Origin: a virus
DNA: 64,000 bases
Virus record (IMG/VR): IMGVR_UViG_3300019776_000078
Coordinates: 3,384-67,383 of that record
Strand: one strand, 5' to 3'
Part shown: positions 54,828 through 63,808 of the stretch, piece after piece
How positions within the stretch are numbered: the first letter of the stretch is position 1
Layout of the letters: every line of letters starts with the position of its first letter
Notes under the pieces: model-generated
Database searches by the model: none
Told to the model about the DNA's origin: nothing
The model's input: only the letters and a program-made list of their open reading frames with translations
Program-made: the position numbers and the translations under genes

Positions 54828-54876
54828 TAATGTATTGCATGATTGATACATTAACACAATATATTTAAGAGTGCAA
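54828..54876 (-). promoter_or_regulatory. early promoter with overlapping inverted repeat
   Basis: Minus strand TTGCAC-17 bp-TAATGT with TG extension; TAATGTAT-N10-ATACATTA at 54828-54853. Confidence 0.55.
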
Positions 54877-55089
54877 TTAACCTACTAATCTGTTGGGTTA
54901 TTGTTTCGGCTGCGCTCCCAGTTTCTGCTGCACAAAGTCGCTAGGCTGCCGACATCCGACCATAAAAGCCCGCTATGTCTTCGCTACTGGAGCAGCTTAT
55001 TAACTCTTTCCGTAGGGAATAAGAGAGAGCATAGAACCCTTACTTGTGATCTAAGTATTAGTCAGATATAAAGCATAGGATTAAAAGCA

Positions 55090-55120
55090 CTGTGGATTTA
55101 TACAGTAGTTGTGTTATAGT
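55090..55120 (+). promoter_or_regulatory. LexA (SOS) box and extended -10 upstream of terS
   Basis: CTGT-GGATTTAT-ACAG at 55090-55105; TGtTATAGT at 55112-55120. Confidence 0.65.
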
Positions 55121-55157
55121 TCAGTCATTCCTAACCTATACCCAATAGTTATTACTT

Positions 55158-56006
55158 ATGCGCCTATCTAAGATTACTAGAAAGCAAGTCGATCAGGTCT
55201 TAAAAGAGAACCCCATACATGAGGTGCTCAATGTCGCTAAAACCGCGCTTACTCCTAAGCAGCTTAAGTACTGTGAGAATGTAGCTAAGGGAGATAGTAA
55301 AGCAGGAGCATATAGGAAGGCATATAACAGTAAGGCAAAGCCAGATACGCAAGCCAATGAGGGTTATAAGCTATCCAAACGCCCCGACATCGACACGATG
55401 ACAGAGGCTATTAGGAAGGGATTAGAGTGGGAGAAATCGTATTCTCTTGCTCAAACAAGAGCACTCGTGGTCGAAAGACTGACAAAAGAGGCTTTGGATG
55501 AGGATTCTTCCCCTTCTGCTCGCATCAATGCACTCAAGGCACTCGGCACAGTTGCGGGAGTAGATGCATTCGTGCATAGGACTGAGACTACAGTAATAAA
55601 AGACAGTAGCAAGATCAGGGATGAACTACTTACTCAGCTTAAGCAAGCGATGGAGTCGAGCACCATTGATCTAGATGCTGATGAACAGGCTCTATTAGCG
55701 GAGATCAACCCTACCGCCAATGAGATTGAGGATAGCGGAGACCCACCCGAGGGCGACCACCCCTTTTCTGAAAAAGATGGGACTCAAATACTACATAGTA
55801 CTCCAGACAAAAGATCACAAAATAATACTAAAAATTATAATGACTCCGAAAATCCCCAACAAAATCATGGAGTTCCAGAACAAGTGTCAACGTTGACAGT
55901 TGATTTGCATTCCAAAGAGGGGGGTAGGGGTGTAAAAAATGATGCCAAATGGGAAGAAAGTGGTACAGGAAAGACCCACGTCAGTGGTTTTAAAACAAAG
56001 GGGTAG
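55158..56006 (+). CDS. terS: terminase small subunit with long C-terminal extension
   Basis: LTPKQ..YC...G.S...AYRKAY; ARINALKALG; upstream of terL. Confidence 0.7.
   Translation: MRLSKITRKQVDQVLKENPIHEVLNVAKTALTPKQLKYCENVAKGDSKAGAYRKAYNSKAKPDTQANEGYKLSKRPDIDTMTEAIRKGLEWEKSYSLAQTRALVVERLTKEALDEDSSPSARINALKALGTVAGVDAFVHRTETTVIKDSSKIRDELLTQLKQAMESSTIDLDADEQALLAEINPTANEIEDSGDPPEGDHPFSEKDGTQILHSTPDKRSQNNTKNYNDSENPQQNHGVPEQVSTLTVDLHSKEGGRGVKNDAKWEESGTGKTHVSGFKTKG
55862..55906. repeat. palindromic site TGTCAACGTTGACA with conserved flanks (copy 2)
   Basis: Near-inverted copy of 46096-46140. Confidence 0.8.
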
Positions 56007-56022
56007 GGGGGTATATATTTTT

Positions 56023-56247
56023 ATGAAACGAGTTTGGCAACCTTTAATTCCTATTAGATGGAAGACTATGCCTGATGGTACAAAAGTACTGCAACAGGCT
56101 TGGGGCGAACATGTTCAATCTAGCGATGATGGTAGATGGCATCAAACCTATGAGTTTCGCTGGGAAGATGTTCCTACAGATATAGAAGACAGGAAGTATT
56201 GGTCTAAAGAAGATGTAGATGGCGCTGATAAGGAGTGTGGAAAATGA
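56023..56247 (+). CDS. hypothetical protein
   Basis: Probable start MKRVW; KVLQQAW...WEDVPT motif. Confidence 0.5.
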   Translation: MKRVWQPLIPIRWKTMPDGTKVLQQAWGEHVQSSDDGRWHQTYEFRWEDVPTDIEDRKYWSKEDVDGADKECGK

Positions 56248-56423
56248 ATAGTGTTTGGGTAATTACGTGGAAGTACAACGATAACAGCAGTAGCGGCGTA
56301 CTGCCGGAATGTTACGAAAATTACAATCCTGCTTACTGGTTATGCGAGCAACTAAATGCACAAGGCTACGATAAATCTTTTTATGTGGTCGAATTAAAGA
56401 TTGTTAAGGGCGATTTACAGTGA
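56244..56423 (+). CDS. hypothetical protein
   Basis: Operon packing. Confidence 0.45.
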   Translation: MNSVWVITWKYNDNSSSGVLPECYENYNPAYWLCEQLNAQGYDKSFYVVELKIVKGDLQ

Positions 56424-56647
56424 CTGAGAAGCAGGCTCATATCTATATGATCATAGATACCTATTGGAAGACCTACGGCTTTGCCCCTTCCATTGATGAC
56501 ATTATGAAATTAACGGGCGATAAAGGGCGAGGGAACGTACACCGGACGATGAAGAAGCTCGTAGAACTAGGACACTGCAAGATGGTGCCAAGACACGCCA
56601 GAAGTATACGGCCCTCGTATATACGGGTTCATAAGCTAGAGCTATGA
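56420..56647 (+). CDS. LexA DNA-binding-domain-like protein
   Basis: TEKQ..IY..I.......GFAPS..DI....G.......H.....L...G......R.ARSI; no peptidase domain. Confidence 0.75.
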   Translation: MTEKQAHIYMIIDTYWKTYGFAPSIDDIMKLTGDKGRGNVHRTMKKLVELGHCKMVPRHARSIRPSYIRVHKLEL

Positions 56648-58131
56648 ATATCGAGAAAATCATCTCCAAGCTCCCAGAAGAAAAGCAAGAAGCTTTTTAT
56701 TTCAAGGTGCAGCAATATACGGACTCCTTACAGAGGGAAAAGTCTCAAAACAACTTTATGTCTTTTGTCCATACTATGTGGCCCGGATTTATTAACGGCG
56801 CCCACCATAAGATTATGGCAAAAAAATTTCAGGAGATAGCCGATGGAAAATGTAAGCGTCTTATTATTAATATGCCTCCCCGTCATACTAAGTCTGAGTT
56901 CGCTAGTTATATGCTACCAGCTTGGTTTCTTGGAAAGTTCCCTGATAAGAAGATTATTCAATGTTCTAACACTGCTGAACTGGCCGTTGGATTTGGACGA
57001 AAAGTCAGGAACCTTGTAGGATCCGATGCCTATCATAGGGTCTTTCCGGAAGTCGGACTTAAAGCAGACTCCAAAGCGGCAGGACGCTGGGACACCAACA
57101 AAGGGGGTACTTACTTCGCTATCGGTGTAGGAGGTACTGTAACGGGTAAAGGTGCGGATCTACTGATTATTGACGATCCCCATTCAGAACAAGAAGCGGC
57201 AATCGCTGCCAGTAATCCTGAAGTTTATGATAAGGTTTTTGAGTGGTACTCATCAGGTCCTCGCCAGCGTTTACAACCAGGCGGTGCGATTGTGGTCGTA
57301 ATGACCCGTTGGAGCCAAAAAGACCTGACTGGCCGGATACTCAAGTCCAGTATTGAGCGAGACGGAGATGAATGGGAAGTCATTAACTTTCCTGCAATAT
57401 TACCGTCCGAAAAACCCTTATGGCCAGACTTTTGGCCACTAAAAGAACTCTTAGCTTTAAAGGAAGAACTTCCTGTCGGCAAGTGGAATGCCCAGTATCA
57501 GCAGTCTCCTACCTCAGAAGAAGGCGCTTTAGTCAAACGAGACTGGTGGAAGTTGTGGGAAGGTGACCGCGCCCCACCCTGCGAATTTATTATCCAATCA
57601 TGGGATACGGCATTTACTAAAAATGAGCGGAGCGACTACTCTGCTTGCACGACTTGGGGCGTCTTTTACAAGGATGAAAATGAAAGAGACCCAAATATTA
57701 TTCTCTTGGATGCTTTTAAAGAGCGTCTCGAATTTCCAGAGTTGAAAGAGACTGCCTATCGGATGTATAAAGAATGGGAACCAGACGCATTTATTGTGGA
57801 AGCAAAAGCGGCTGGAAGTCCGTTAATCTTTGAATTGAGAAGAATGGGGATACCCGTATCAGAGTTTACACCTACTCGTGGGAATGATAAGATAGCTCGA
57901 CTAAATTCCGTAACCGATTTGTTCGCATCTGGCAAGGTGTGGGCGCCGGGTACTAGATGGGCTGATGAAGTGATTGAACAGATGGCATCATTTCCGAACT
58001 CGGATCACGACGACTTAGTGGACTCCTCCACTCAGGCATTGATTCGTTTCCGAAAAGGCGGCTTTGTTTCCCTACCGTCAGATGATGATGAAGACCAACA
58101 ATTTTATAGACGCAAAGCTGCGTATTACTAG
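56644..58131 (+). CDS. terL: terminase large subunit
   Basis: INMPPRHTKS, IIDDP, MTRW, QSWDTA, VEAKAAG, HDDLVDS. Confidence 0.95.
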   Translation: MNIEKIISKLPEEKQEAFYFKVQQYTDSLQREKSQNNFMSFVHTMWPGFINGAHHKIMAKKFQEIADGKCKRLIINMPPRHTKSEFASYMLPAWFLGKFPDKKIIQCSNTAELAVGFGRKVRNLVGSDAYHRVFPEVGLKADSKAAGRWDTNKGGTYFAIGVGGTVTGKGADLLIIDDPHSEQEAAIAASNPEVYDKVFEWYSSGPRQRLQPGGAIVVVMTRWSQKDLTGRILKSSIERDGDEWEVINFPAILPSEKPLWPDFWPLKELLALKEELPVGKWNAQYQQSPTSEEGALVKRDWWKLWEGDRAPPCEFIIQSWDTAFTKNERSDYSACTTWGVFYKDENERDPNIILLDAFKERLEFPELKETAYRMYKEWEPDAFIVEAKAAGSPLIFELRRMGIPVSEFTPTRGNDKIARLNSVTDLFASGKVWAPGTRWADEVIEQMASFPNSDHDDLVDSSTQALIRFRKGGFVSLPSDDDEDQQFYRRKAAYY

Positions 58132-58139
58132 GAACCACT

Positions 58140-60641
58140 ATGGCAATTGAAAAAGGTTTATACCAAGCACCCGAAGGAATGGAAGAACTTGCAGCGCAAG
58201 AAGCTCCTATCGAGATTGAAATCGAAAATCCAGAATCAGTCGAAATCGGGATTGATGGCTTGGAAATTAAACTAGAGCCAGAGGAAGAGACCGCTGATAC
58301 CTTTGATGCCAACCTTGCAGAATACTTAAGCGAATCCCAATTAGGATCTCTTGCATCCGATTTAATTGGCGACTTTGATGCCGACATTGCGTCCCGTAAA
58401 GACTGGATCCAAACTTACGTGGATGGTCTCGAACTTCTTGGCCTGAAGATCGAAGAACGCACTGAGCCTTGGGAAGGGGCGTGTGGCGTTTACCATCCAC
58501 TCCTATCTGAAGCGCTAGTTAAGTTCCAATCGGAAACGATTATGGAAACTTTCCCAGCGGCTGGTCCTGTAAAAACCCAGATTATTGGTAAAGAAACTCC
58601 AGAAAAGAAAGATTCCGCTGATCGTGTTCAAGCAGACATGAACTATCAGTTAACCGATGTCATGCAAGAATACCGCCCAGAGCATGAGCGCCTACTATGG
58701 GGCTTAGGTCTTGCTGGTAACGCATTTAAGAAAGTCTATTACGATCCTGCGATGCAGCGCCAAGTAGCGATGTATGTTCCTGCGGAAGATATTGTTGTGC
58801 CTTATGGAGCCTCTTCTCTTGAGTCTGCAGAACGTGTAACCCATGTGATGCGTAAGAGCGAGAATGATCTGAAGCGTCTACAAGCTGCGGGTTTTTACCG
58901 AGATGTCGATCTAGGTACACCAGATAATGTGTTGGATGAAGTAGAAAAGAAGATTGCTGAGAAGCTCGGCTTTAGAGCAACAACGGATGATCGCTACAAA
59001 GTATTGGAGATGCACGTTTACTTGGATCTCGAAGGTTTTGAGCATACCAATGACGAAGGTAAGGAAACTGGGATTGGACTGCCTTATGTAGTCACAATCG
59101 AAAAAGGCTCTAACACCGTATTAGCTATTCGCAGAAACTGGAACCCAGATGATGAAACTCATAAGAAGCGTCAGCACTTTGTTCACTATGGATATATTCC
59201 TGGTTTTGGTTTCTATCATTTCGGCCTTGTTCACCTTATTGGCGCTTTTGCTAAGTCTGGCACTTCTATCCTCAGGCAGTTGGTGGACGCTGGTTCCCTC
59301 GCAAATCTGCCAGGCGGCTTTAAGACCCGTGGATTGCGTGTCAAAGGTGACGACACACCAATAGCCCCAGGTGAGTTCCGTGATGTAGATGTACCAAGTG
59401 GCACGATGAAAGACAACATCATGCCTCTGCCATACAAAGAACCTTCTATGGTTTTGGCTGGTTTGTTAGATAAGATTGTTGATGAAGGGCGTCGTTTTGC
59501 CTCTGCAGCCGACCTTAAAGTGGCTGATATGTCAGGGAATACCCCAGTAGGTACAACCCTAGCTATTTTGGAAAGAACTTTAAAAGTAATGACTGCGGTA
59601 CAAGCCCGTATTCATTATTCAATGAAGCAAGAGTTCCGTTTACTCAAACGCATTATTGCTGACTACACCCCAGAAGATTACAACTATGAGCCATCTGAAG
59701 GGGATCGTTTTGCTAAGAAGTCTGACTACGATGACGTAGATGTTATCCCAGTCAGTGATCCTAATGCGGCCACCATGAGCCAGAAGATTATGCAGTATCA
59801 AGCTGCTCTTCAGTTAGCTCAATCAGCGCCGCAGCTATATAACTTGCCTTTACTGCATCGTCAGATGTTGGATGTACTTGGAATTAAGGACGCAAAAAAA
59901 CTCGTACCGTTGCCGGACGACAAAAAGCCTAAAGACCCCATTACTGAAAACATGGACGCTCTTAAAGGCGAGCCTATTAAAGCGTTTATCTACCAAGATC
60001 ACGAAGCCCACATTGCGGTTCATCTGGCGATGATGCAAGATCCCAAGATCATGCAATTGGTTGGACAGAACCCGCAGGCTCAAATGATTATGGGTGCATT
60101 GATGGCCCATATCCAAGAACACCTTGGCTACGAATACCGTCGCCAAATGGAAGAAATGATTGGCGTTCCAATTCCATACTCCGATGAGGATGACTTTGAA
60201 TTGCCAGAAGAAGTTGAGTTGCAGATCTCTCGCCTTGCCGCGCCCGCAGCACAGAAGTTGTTGCAGCAAGATAAGACAGCGATTGCCGCTCAACAAGCCC
60301 AGCAAGCTGCTCAGGACCCGTTGGTTCAGATCCAGCAAGCTGAATTGCAGATTAAGTCTCAAGAAGTGCAGCTCAAACAAGCTGCTCTTCAAGCTGAGTC
60401 TGCAGCTAAAGCACAGCAACTCGCCATTGAGCAGGAACGTATAGCTTCTCAAGAGCGGATTGCCATGATGCAAGCACAAGCGAAAGCTCAGAAAGACAGC
60501 ACAGAATTGCAAGTTCAACGTGAAATCGAAGGCGCAAAACTGGCTTCCAAAGAGCGTTTAGAAGGCTCCAAACTTGGTGTCGATATCGCCAAGCATACCG
60601 AGCAAATGACAAAACAGGAGAAATCCCAGAAAGGTAAATGA
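58140..60641 (+). CDS. portal protein (P22-like with C-terminal barrel)
   Basis: 833 aa directly after terL; GNAFKKVYYD; Gln-rich C-terminal coiled coil. Confidence 0.85.
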   Translation: MAIEKGLYQAPEGMEELAAQEAPIEIEIENPESVEIGIDGLEIKLEPEEETADTFDANLAEYLSESQLGSLASDLIGDFDADIASRKDWIQTYVDGLELLGLKIEERTEPWEGACGVYHPLLSEALVKFQSETIMETFPAAGPVKTQIIGKETPEKKDSADRVQADMNYQLTDVMQEYRPEHERLLWGLGLAGNAFKKVYYDPAMQRQVAMYVPAEDIVVPYGASSLESAERVTHVMRKSENDLKRLQAAGFYRDVDLGTPDNVLDEVEKKIAEKLGFRATTDDRYKVLEMHVYLDLEGFEHTNDEGKETGIGLPYVVTIEKGSNTVLAIRRNWNPDDETHKKRQHFVHYGYIPGFGFYHFGLVHLIGAFAKSGTSILRQLVDAGSLANLPGGFKTRGLRVKGDDTPIAPGEFRDVDVPSGTMKDNIMPLPYKEPSMVLAGLLDKIVDEGRRFASAADLKVADMSGNTPVGTTLAILERTLKVMTAVQARIHYSMKQEFRLLKRIIADYTPEDYNYEPSEGDRFAKKSDYDDVDVIPVSDPNAATMSQKIMQYQAALQLAQSAPQLYNLPLLHRQMLDVLGIKDAKKLVPLPDDKKPKDPITENMDALKGEPIKAFIYQDHEAHIAVHLAMMQDPKIMQLVGQNPQAQMIMGALMAHIQEHLGYEYRRQMEEMIGVPIPYSDEDDFELPEEVELQISRLAAPAAQKLLQQDKTAIAAQQAQQAAQDPLVQIQQAELQIKSQEVQLKQAALQAESAAKAQQLAIEQERIASQERIAMMQAQAKAQKDSTELQVQREIEGAKLASKERLEGSKLGVDIAKHTEQMTKQEKSQKGK

Positions 60642-60835
60642 TGCTAGACAAAGCACTAGCTCATCTAACGAATCAAATAGATGAGAAGGTAGCACGGTTA
60701 CATGAAGCATTAGGTACGGGTGTCGCGAAAGACTACTCAGAGTACCAAAAGATGTGTGGTGAAGTTCAAGGTCTATTGACCGCACGTCTCTATATTGCAG
60801 ACCTTGCACGAAACTTAGAGGACTCCGATGAGTGA
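60638..60835 (+). CDS. conserved small head-region protein
   Basis: DY.EY...CG..QGL motif. Confidence 0.6.
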   Translation: MMLDKALAHLTNQIDEKVARLHEALGTGVAKDYSEYQKMCGEVQGLLTARLYIADLARNLEDSDE

Positions 60836-61241
60836 TCTACAGACGGCAGTAAATTTAAATCAAGCAGTGGATCTTTCAGCACTGCTCAATAAAGAAGCTG
60901 AAGAAAAAGCACGACAACTCCCGCAACCGTCAGGTTATCGTATTTTATGTGCTATCCCAGAGGTAGAAGCAGAGTACGAAAGCGGTCTATTGAAAGCAGA
61001 CGCAACCATTAACTACGAAGAAAAGCTGGCAACAGTCCTTTTTGTTGTATCGATGGGTCCGGATTGCTATCAAGATAAGACTAGGTTCCCAAATGGACCC
61101 TGGTGCAAGCAGGGAGATTTTGTAATTGTTCGACCAAACGCTGGAACACGCCTATTAATCCATGGGCGGGAATTTCGCCTCATAAACGACGACTCAGTTG
61201 AATCAGTCGTGGAAGACCCAAGAGGCATCCGACGTGCTTAG
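60828..61241 (+). CDS. GroES-like co-chaperonin
   Basis: P.GYRIL, SGLL, VVSMGP, GDFV, FRLINDDSV. Confidence 0.85.
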   Translation: MSDLQTAVNLNQAVDLSALLNKEAEEKARQLPQPSGYRILCAIPEVEAEYESGLLKADATINYEEKLATVLFVVSMGPDCYQDKTRFPNGPWCKQGDFVIVRPNAGTRLLIHGREFRLINDDSVESVVEDPRGIRRA

Positions 61242-61716
61242 TGAAGCTAGAAAAGCTTACTTAGCAGTATGGCGAGCAAACAACCGCGAGAAAACTCGTG
61301 CAGCGCAACAGCGTTATTACGAGAAAAACAAGGAAGTTTGTAATGCCAAAACAGTAGCTTGTCGAGCCAAAAAACCGGAATACTACGCGCAAAAATCCTT
61401 AGATTGGGCTAACGAAAACAGAGAAAGACACCTAGAAAATAGGCGTCAATATTATGCTCGTAACTCAGCACAAGATATTGCTAGAGTGCGCCGCAGAAAA
61501 GGCAAGATAAAGCATGGAGAAATGTTAATGAACCAAGCAGAAATTGCTGAAGTTCAAGGCATGTACGACTTTTGCAAGATTTTTAAGCAGTTTGAAGTAG
61601 ATCATATAGTTCCGCTTAATGGAGACCGTGTCTCTGGTTTGCACGTACTAGCAAATCTACAGATTCTGCCGATATCAGAAAATCGAAGCAAAAGAAATAA
61701 ATTCACGATTGAATAG
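61234..61716 (+). CDS. HNH homing endonuclease
   Basis: EVDHIVPLNGDRVSGLHVLANLQIL...N.SK.N; probable GTG start at 61234. Confidence 0.85.
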   Translation: MLSEARKAYLAVWRANNREKTRAAQQRYYEKNKEVCNAKTVACRAKKPEYYAQKSLDWANENRERHLENRRQYYARNSAQDIARVRRRKGKIKHGEMLMNQAEIAEVQGMYDFCKIFKQFEVDHIVPLNGDRVSGLHVLANLQILPISENRSKRNKFTIE

Positions 61717-61727
61717 AAAGGTAACAT

Positions 61728-62705
61728 ATGCCACAAGAATTAAAGGAATTTGAATTTCCAGACGAAATTGAGGCGAAAAAGGCTGAGAATAACGTTGAAA
61801 TTGAGATGGAAGAGTCTAATGACTTTGAAATCGAGGTAGAAAACGATGTTCCACCGGAAGATCGCAACCGTAAAGCAGTAGATCCTGCAACTATTGAAGC
61901 TTTAGAGGAAGAAAATCTAGAGAAATTCAATAATGACACCCAAGCTGCTATTAAAGAAGCAAAACGTGTCTACCATCAGGAGCGCCGTGAGAAAGAAGCT
62001 GCAATTCGCGAGCAACAAGAAGCACTTGCCCTTGCGAAAAAGATGTTGGAAGAGAATAAAAAACTCAAAGAACGTCTAACTCATGGGGAAACTGCGTATG
62101 TTGACACGGTAAAACAGGCAGCTACACAGGAATTAGAATCTGCTAAGGCAGAATTTAAACTTGCTTATGAATCTGGTGATGCTGATAGGCTTTTGGAAGC
62201 GCAAGAACGCATGACAAATGCAAAGTTGCGGATGGACAAAGCAGAAAGTTATCAATATCAACAGAAAAACGCTTTACAAGAGCAAGAGAATGAAGTACAA
62301 ATACCACAACCGCAGACAAATGCACCTGATCAACGTGCTTTGAAATGGCAGAAAGAGAACTCCTGGTTCGGCCAAGACGAAGAAATGACCAGTTTAGCGT
62401 TAGGTTTGCACGAAAAACTAGTACGCAGCGGGGTCCCGGCTGGATCAGATGAGTACTACAAACGTATTGATACAACAATGCGTAAACGATTCCCCGAAAA
62501 TTTCGAGGAAGAAGAAGTAGAGGTAGAAGAACCCGTGAAGGCTCAGAAACCTAAAGCTAGTACGGTCGTTGCTCCGGCAACTCGAAGTACGTCTCCGAAA
62601 AAGATTCGTATGAGTAAAACCCAAGTCTTGCTTGCGAAAAAGCTAGGCTTAACCCCAGAGCAGTATGCCCGTGAACTAACTAAATTGGAGGCCCAAAATG
62701 GCTGA
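61728..62705 (+). CDS. putative capsid scaffolding protein
   Basis: Acidic coiled coil; W...N.WFG; C-terminal AKKLGLTPEQYA. Confidence 0.7.
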   Translation: MPQELKEFEFPDEIEAKKAENNVEIEMEESNDFEIEVENDVPPEDRNRKAVDPATIEALEEENLEKFNNDTQAAIKEAKRVYHQERREKEAAIREQQEALALAKKMLEENKKLKERLTHGETAYVDTVKQAATQELESAKAEFKLAYESGDADRLLEAQERMTNAKLRMDKAESYQYQQKNALQEQENEVQIPQPQTNAPDQRALKWQKENSWFGQDEEMTSLALGLHEKLVRSGVPAGSDEYYKRIDTTMRKRFPENFEEEEVEVEEPVKAQKPKASTVVAPATRSTSPKKIRMSKTQVLLAKKLGLTPEQYARELTKLEAQNG

Positions 62706-63150
62706 AGTAAGAAAAACTCGTGAGCTTGATACCCGTGCAGTGACAGAGCGTCCTCAACAGTGGATGCAACCAGAACTGCTCCCAGAGCCTGATAAACAGG
62801 CTGGTTATGCTTATCGCTGGATTCGTGTCGCAACGTTGAACACACCTGATCCACGGAATCTCTCTGGAAAATTGAGAGAAGGATGGGAACCGGTTCGACT
62901 TGAAGAACAACCTAAATTCCAACTGTTAGTCGATCCGACTAGTCGATACAAAGACAACATCGAAATCGGCGGATTGTTACTTTGCAAAACTCCTGAAGAG
63001 TTTGTGCAGCAGCGTAATGAATATTACTCTAATCAAGCACAAGCTCAGAATGAGGCTGTAGATAACAATTTGATGCGTCAAAGTGATCCTCGTATGCCGA
63101 TCTTTAAAGAGAGCAAGTCTACGAGTAGCCGAGGCGTTAAATCTAACTAA
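62698..63150 (+). CDS. conserved head-region protein
   Basis: YRWIR...LREGWEPV...GGLLLCK. Confidence 0.6.
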   Translation: MAEVRKTRELDTRAVTERPQQWMQPELLPEPDKQAGYAYRWIRVATLNTPDPRNLSGKLREGWEPVRLEEQPKFQLLVDPTSRYKDNIEIGGLLLCKTPEEFVQQRNEYYSNQAQAQNEAVDNNLMRQSDPRMPIFKESKSTSSRGVKSN

Positions 63151-63169
63151 CCTTTTATTGGAGAATTAA

Positions 63170-63796
63170 ATGGCTTATCCAACCGTTTCAGCTCCCTATG
63201 GTCTACAACCGATTAACCGTTTTGACGGTATGCCTTATGCTGGTGCGACGCAACAATTGCCGATCGCCAGCACATACAATACCGCCATTTACAACGGCGA
63301 CATCGTTCTAGTCTATCAAGGGAACGTAGTAAAATCTGCTGTAACGACCGATGCTACAACCGACAAGCAAAACAATGCTACATACGGTGTATTCGTTGGC
63401 GTTCAATACCAGAACACACAAGGTCAAACAGTTCAAGCTCAGTATTACCCTGGTAATGCTGCAGCAGCTTCTGCTATTGCCTATGTTGTTATGGACCCTG
63501 TTGCAGAGTACAAAGTTGCAGTTACCTTCTCTGGTAACGCTACTGTTACTGCTTGCAACGCATCTGTTGTAGGTACCAACTTGCAAGTTCGTCAAGGTAC
63601 TGGTTCTACAACTACTGGCGACTCTGGCGTATCTGCTGTTCTGCCTGTGACCGGTACCGGTAACGCTGCTGCTCTACCATTGCGTGTAGTAGCTGTTGTT
63701 CCTGAGACTGCTCCAACAGCAACAACTTACTCAGAAGTTATTGTTAAACTCAACAACCCGCAGATCCTCGGAACTACGGGCGGCGATTACGTATAA
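63170..63796 (+). CDS. putative capsid decoration/cement protein
   Basis: APYGLQP, IYNGD.V, GVFVG; immediately before the capsid gene. Confidence 0.6.
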   Translation: MAYPTVSAPYGLQPINRFDGMPYAGATQQLPIASTYNTAIYNGDIVLVYQGNVVKSAVTTDATTDKQNNATYGVFVGVQYQNTQGQTVQAQYYPGNAAAASAIAYVVMDPVAEYKVAVTFSGNATVTACNASVVGTNLQVRQGTGSTTTGDSGVSAVLPVTGTGNAAALPLRVVAVVPETAPTATTYSEVIVKLNNPQILGTTGGDYV

Positions 63797-63808
63797 GGAG
63801 CTACATAA

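Noticed and set aside
59850-60518. 222-aa antisense ORF within the portal gene
   Set aside because: Leu-rich mirror of the Gln/Ala-rich coiled coil; no support for expression
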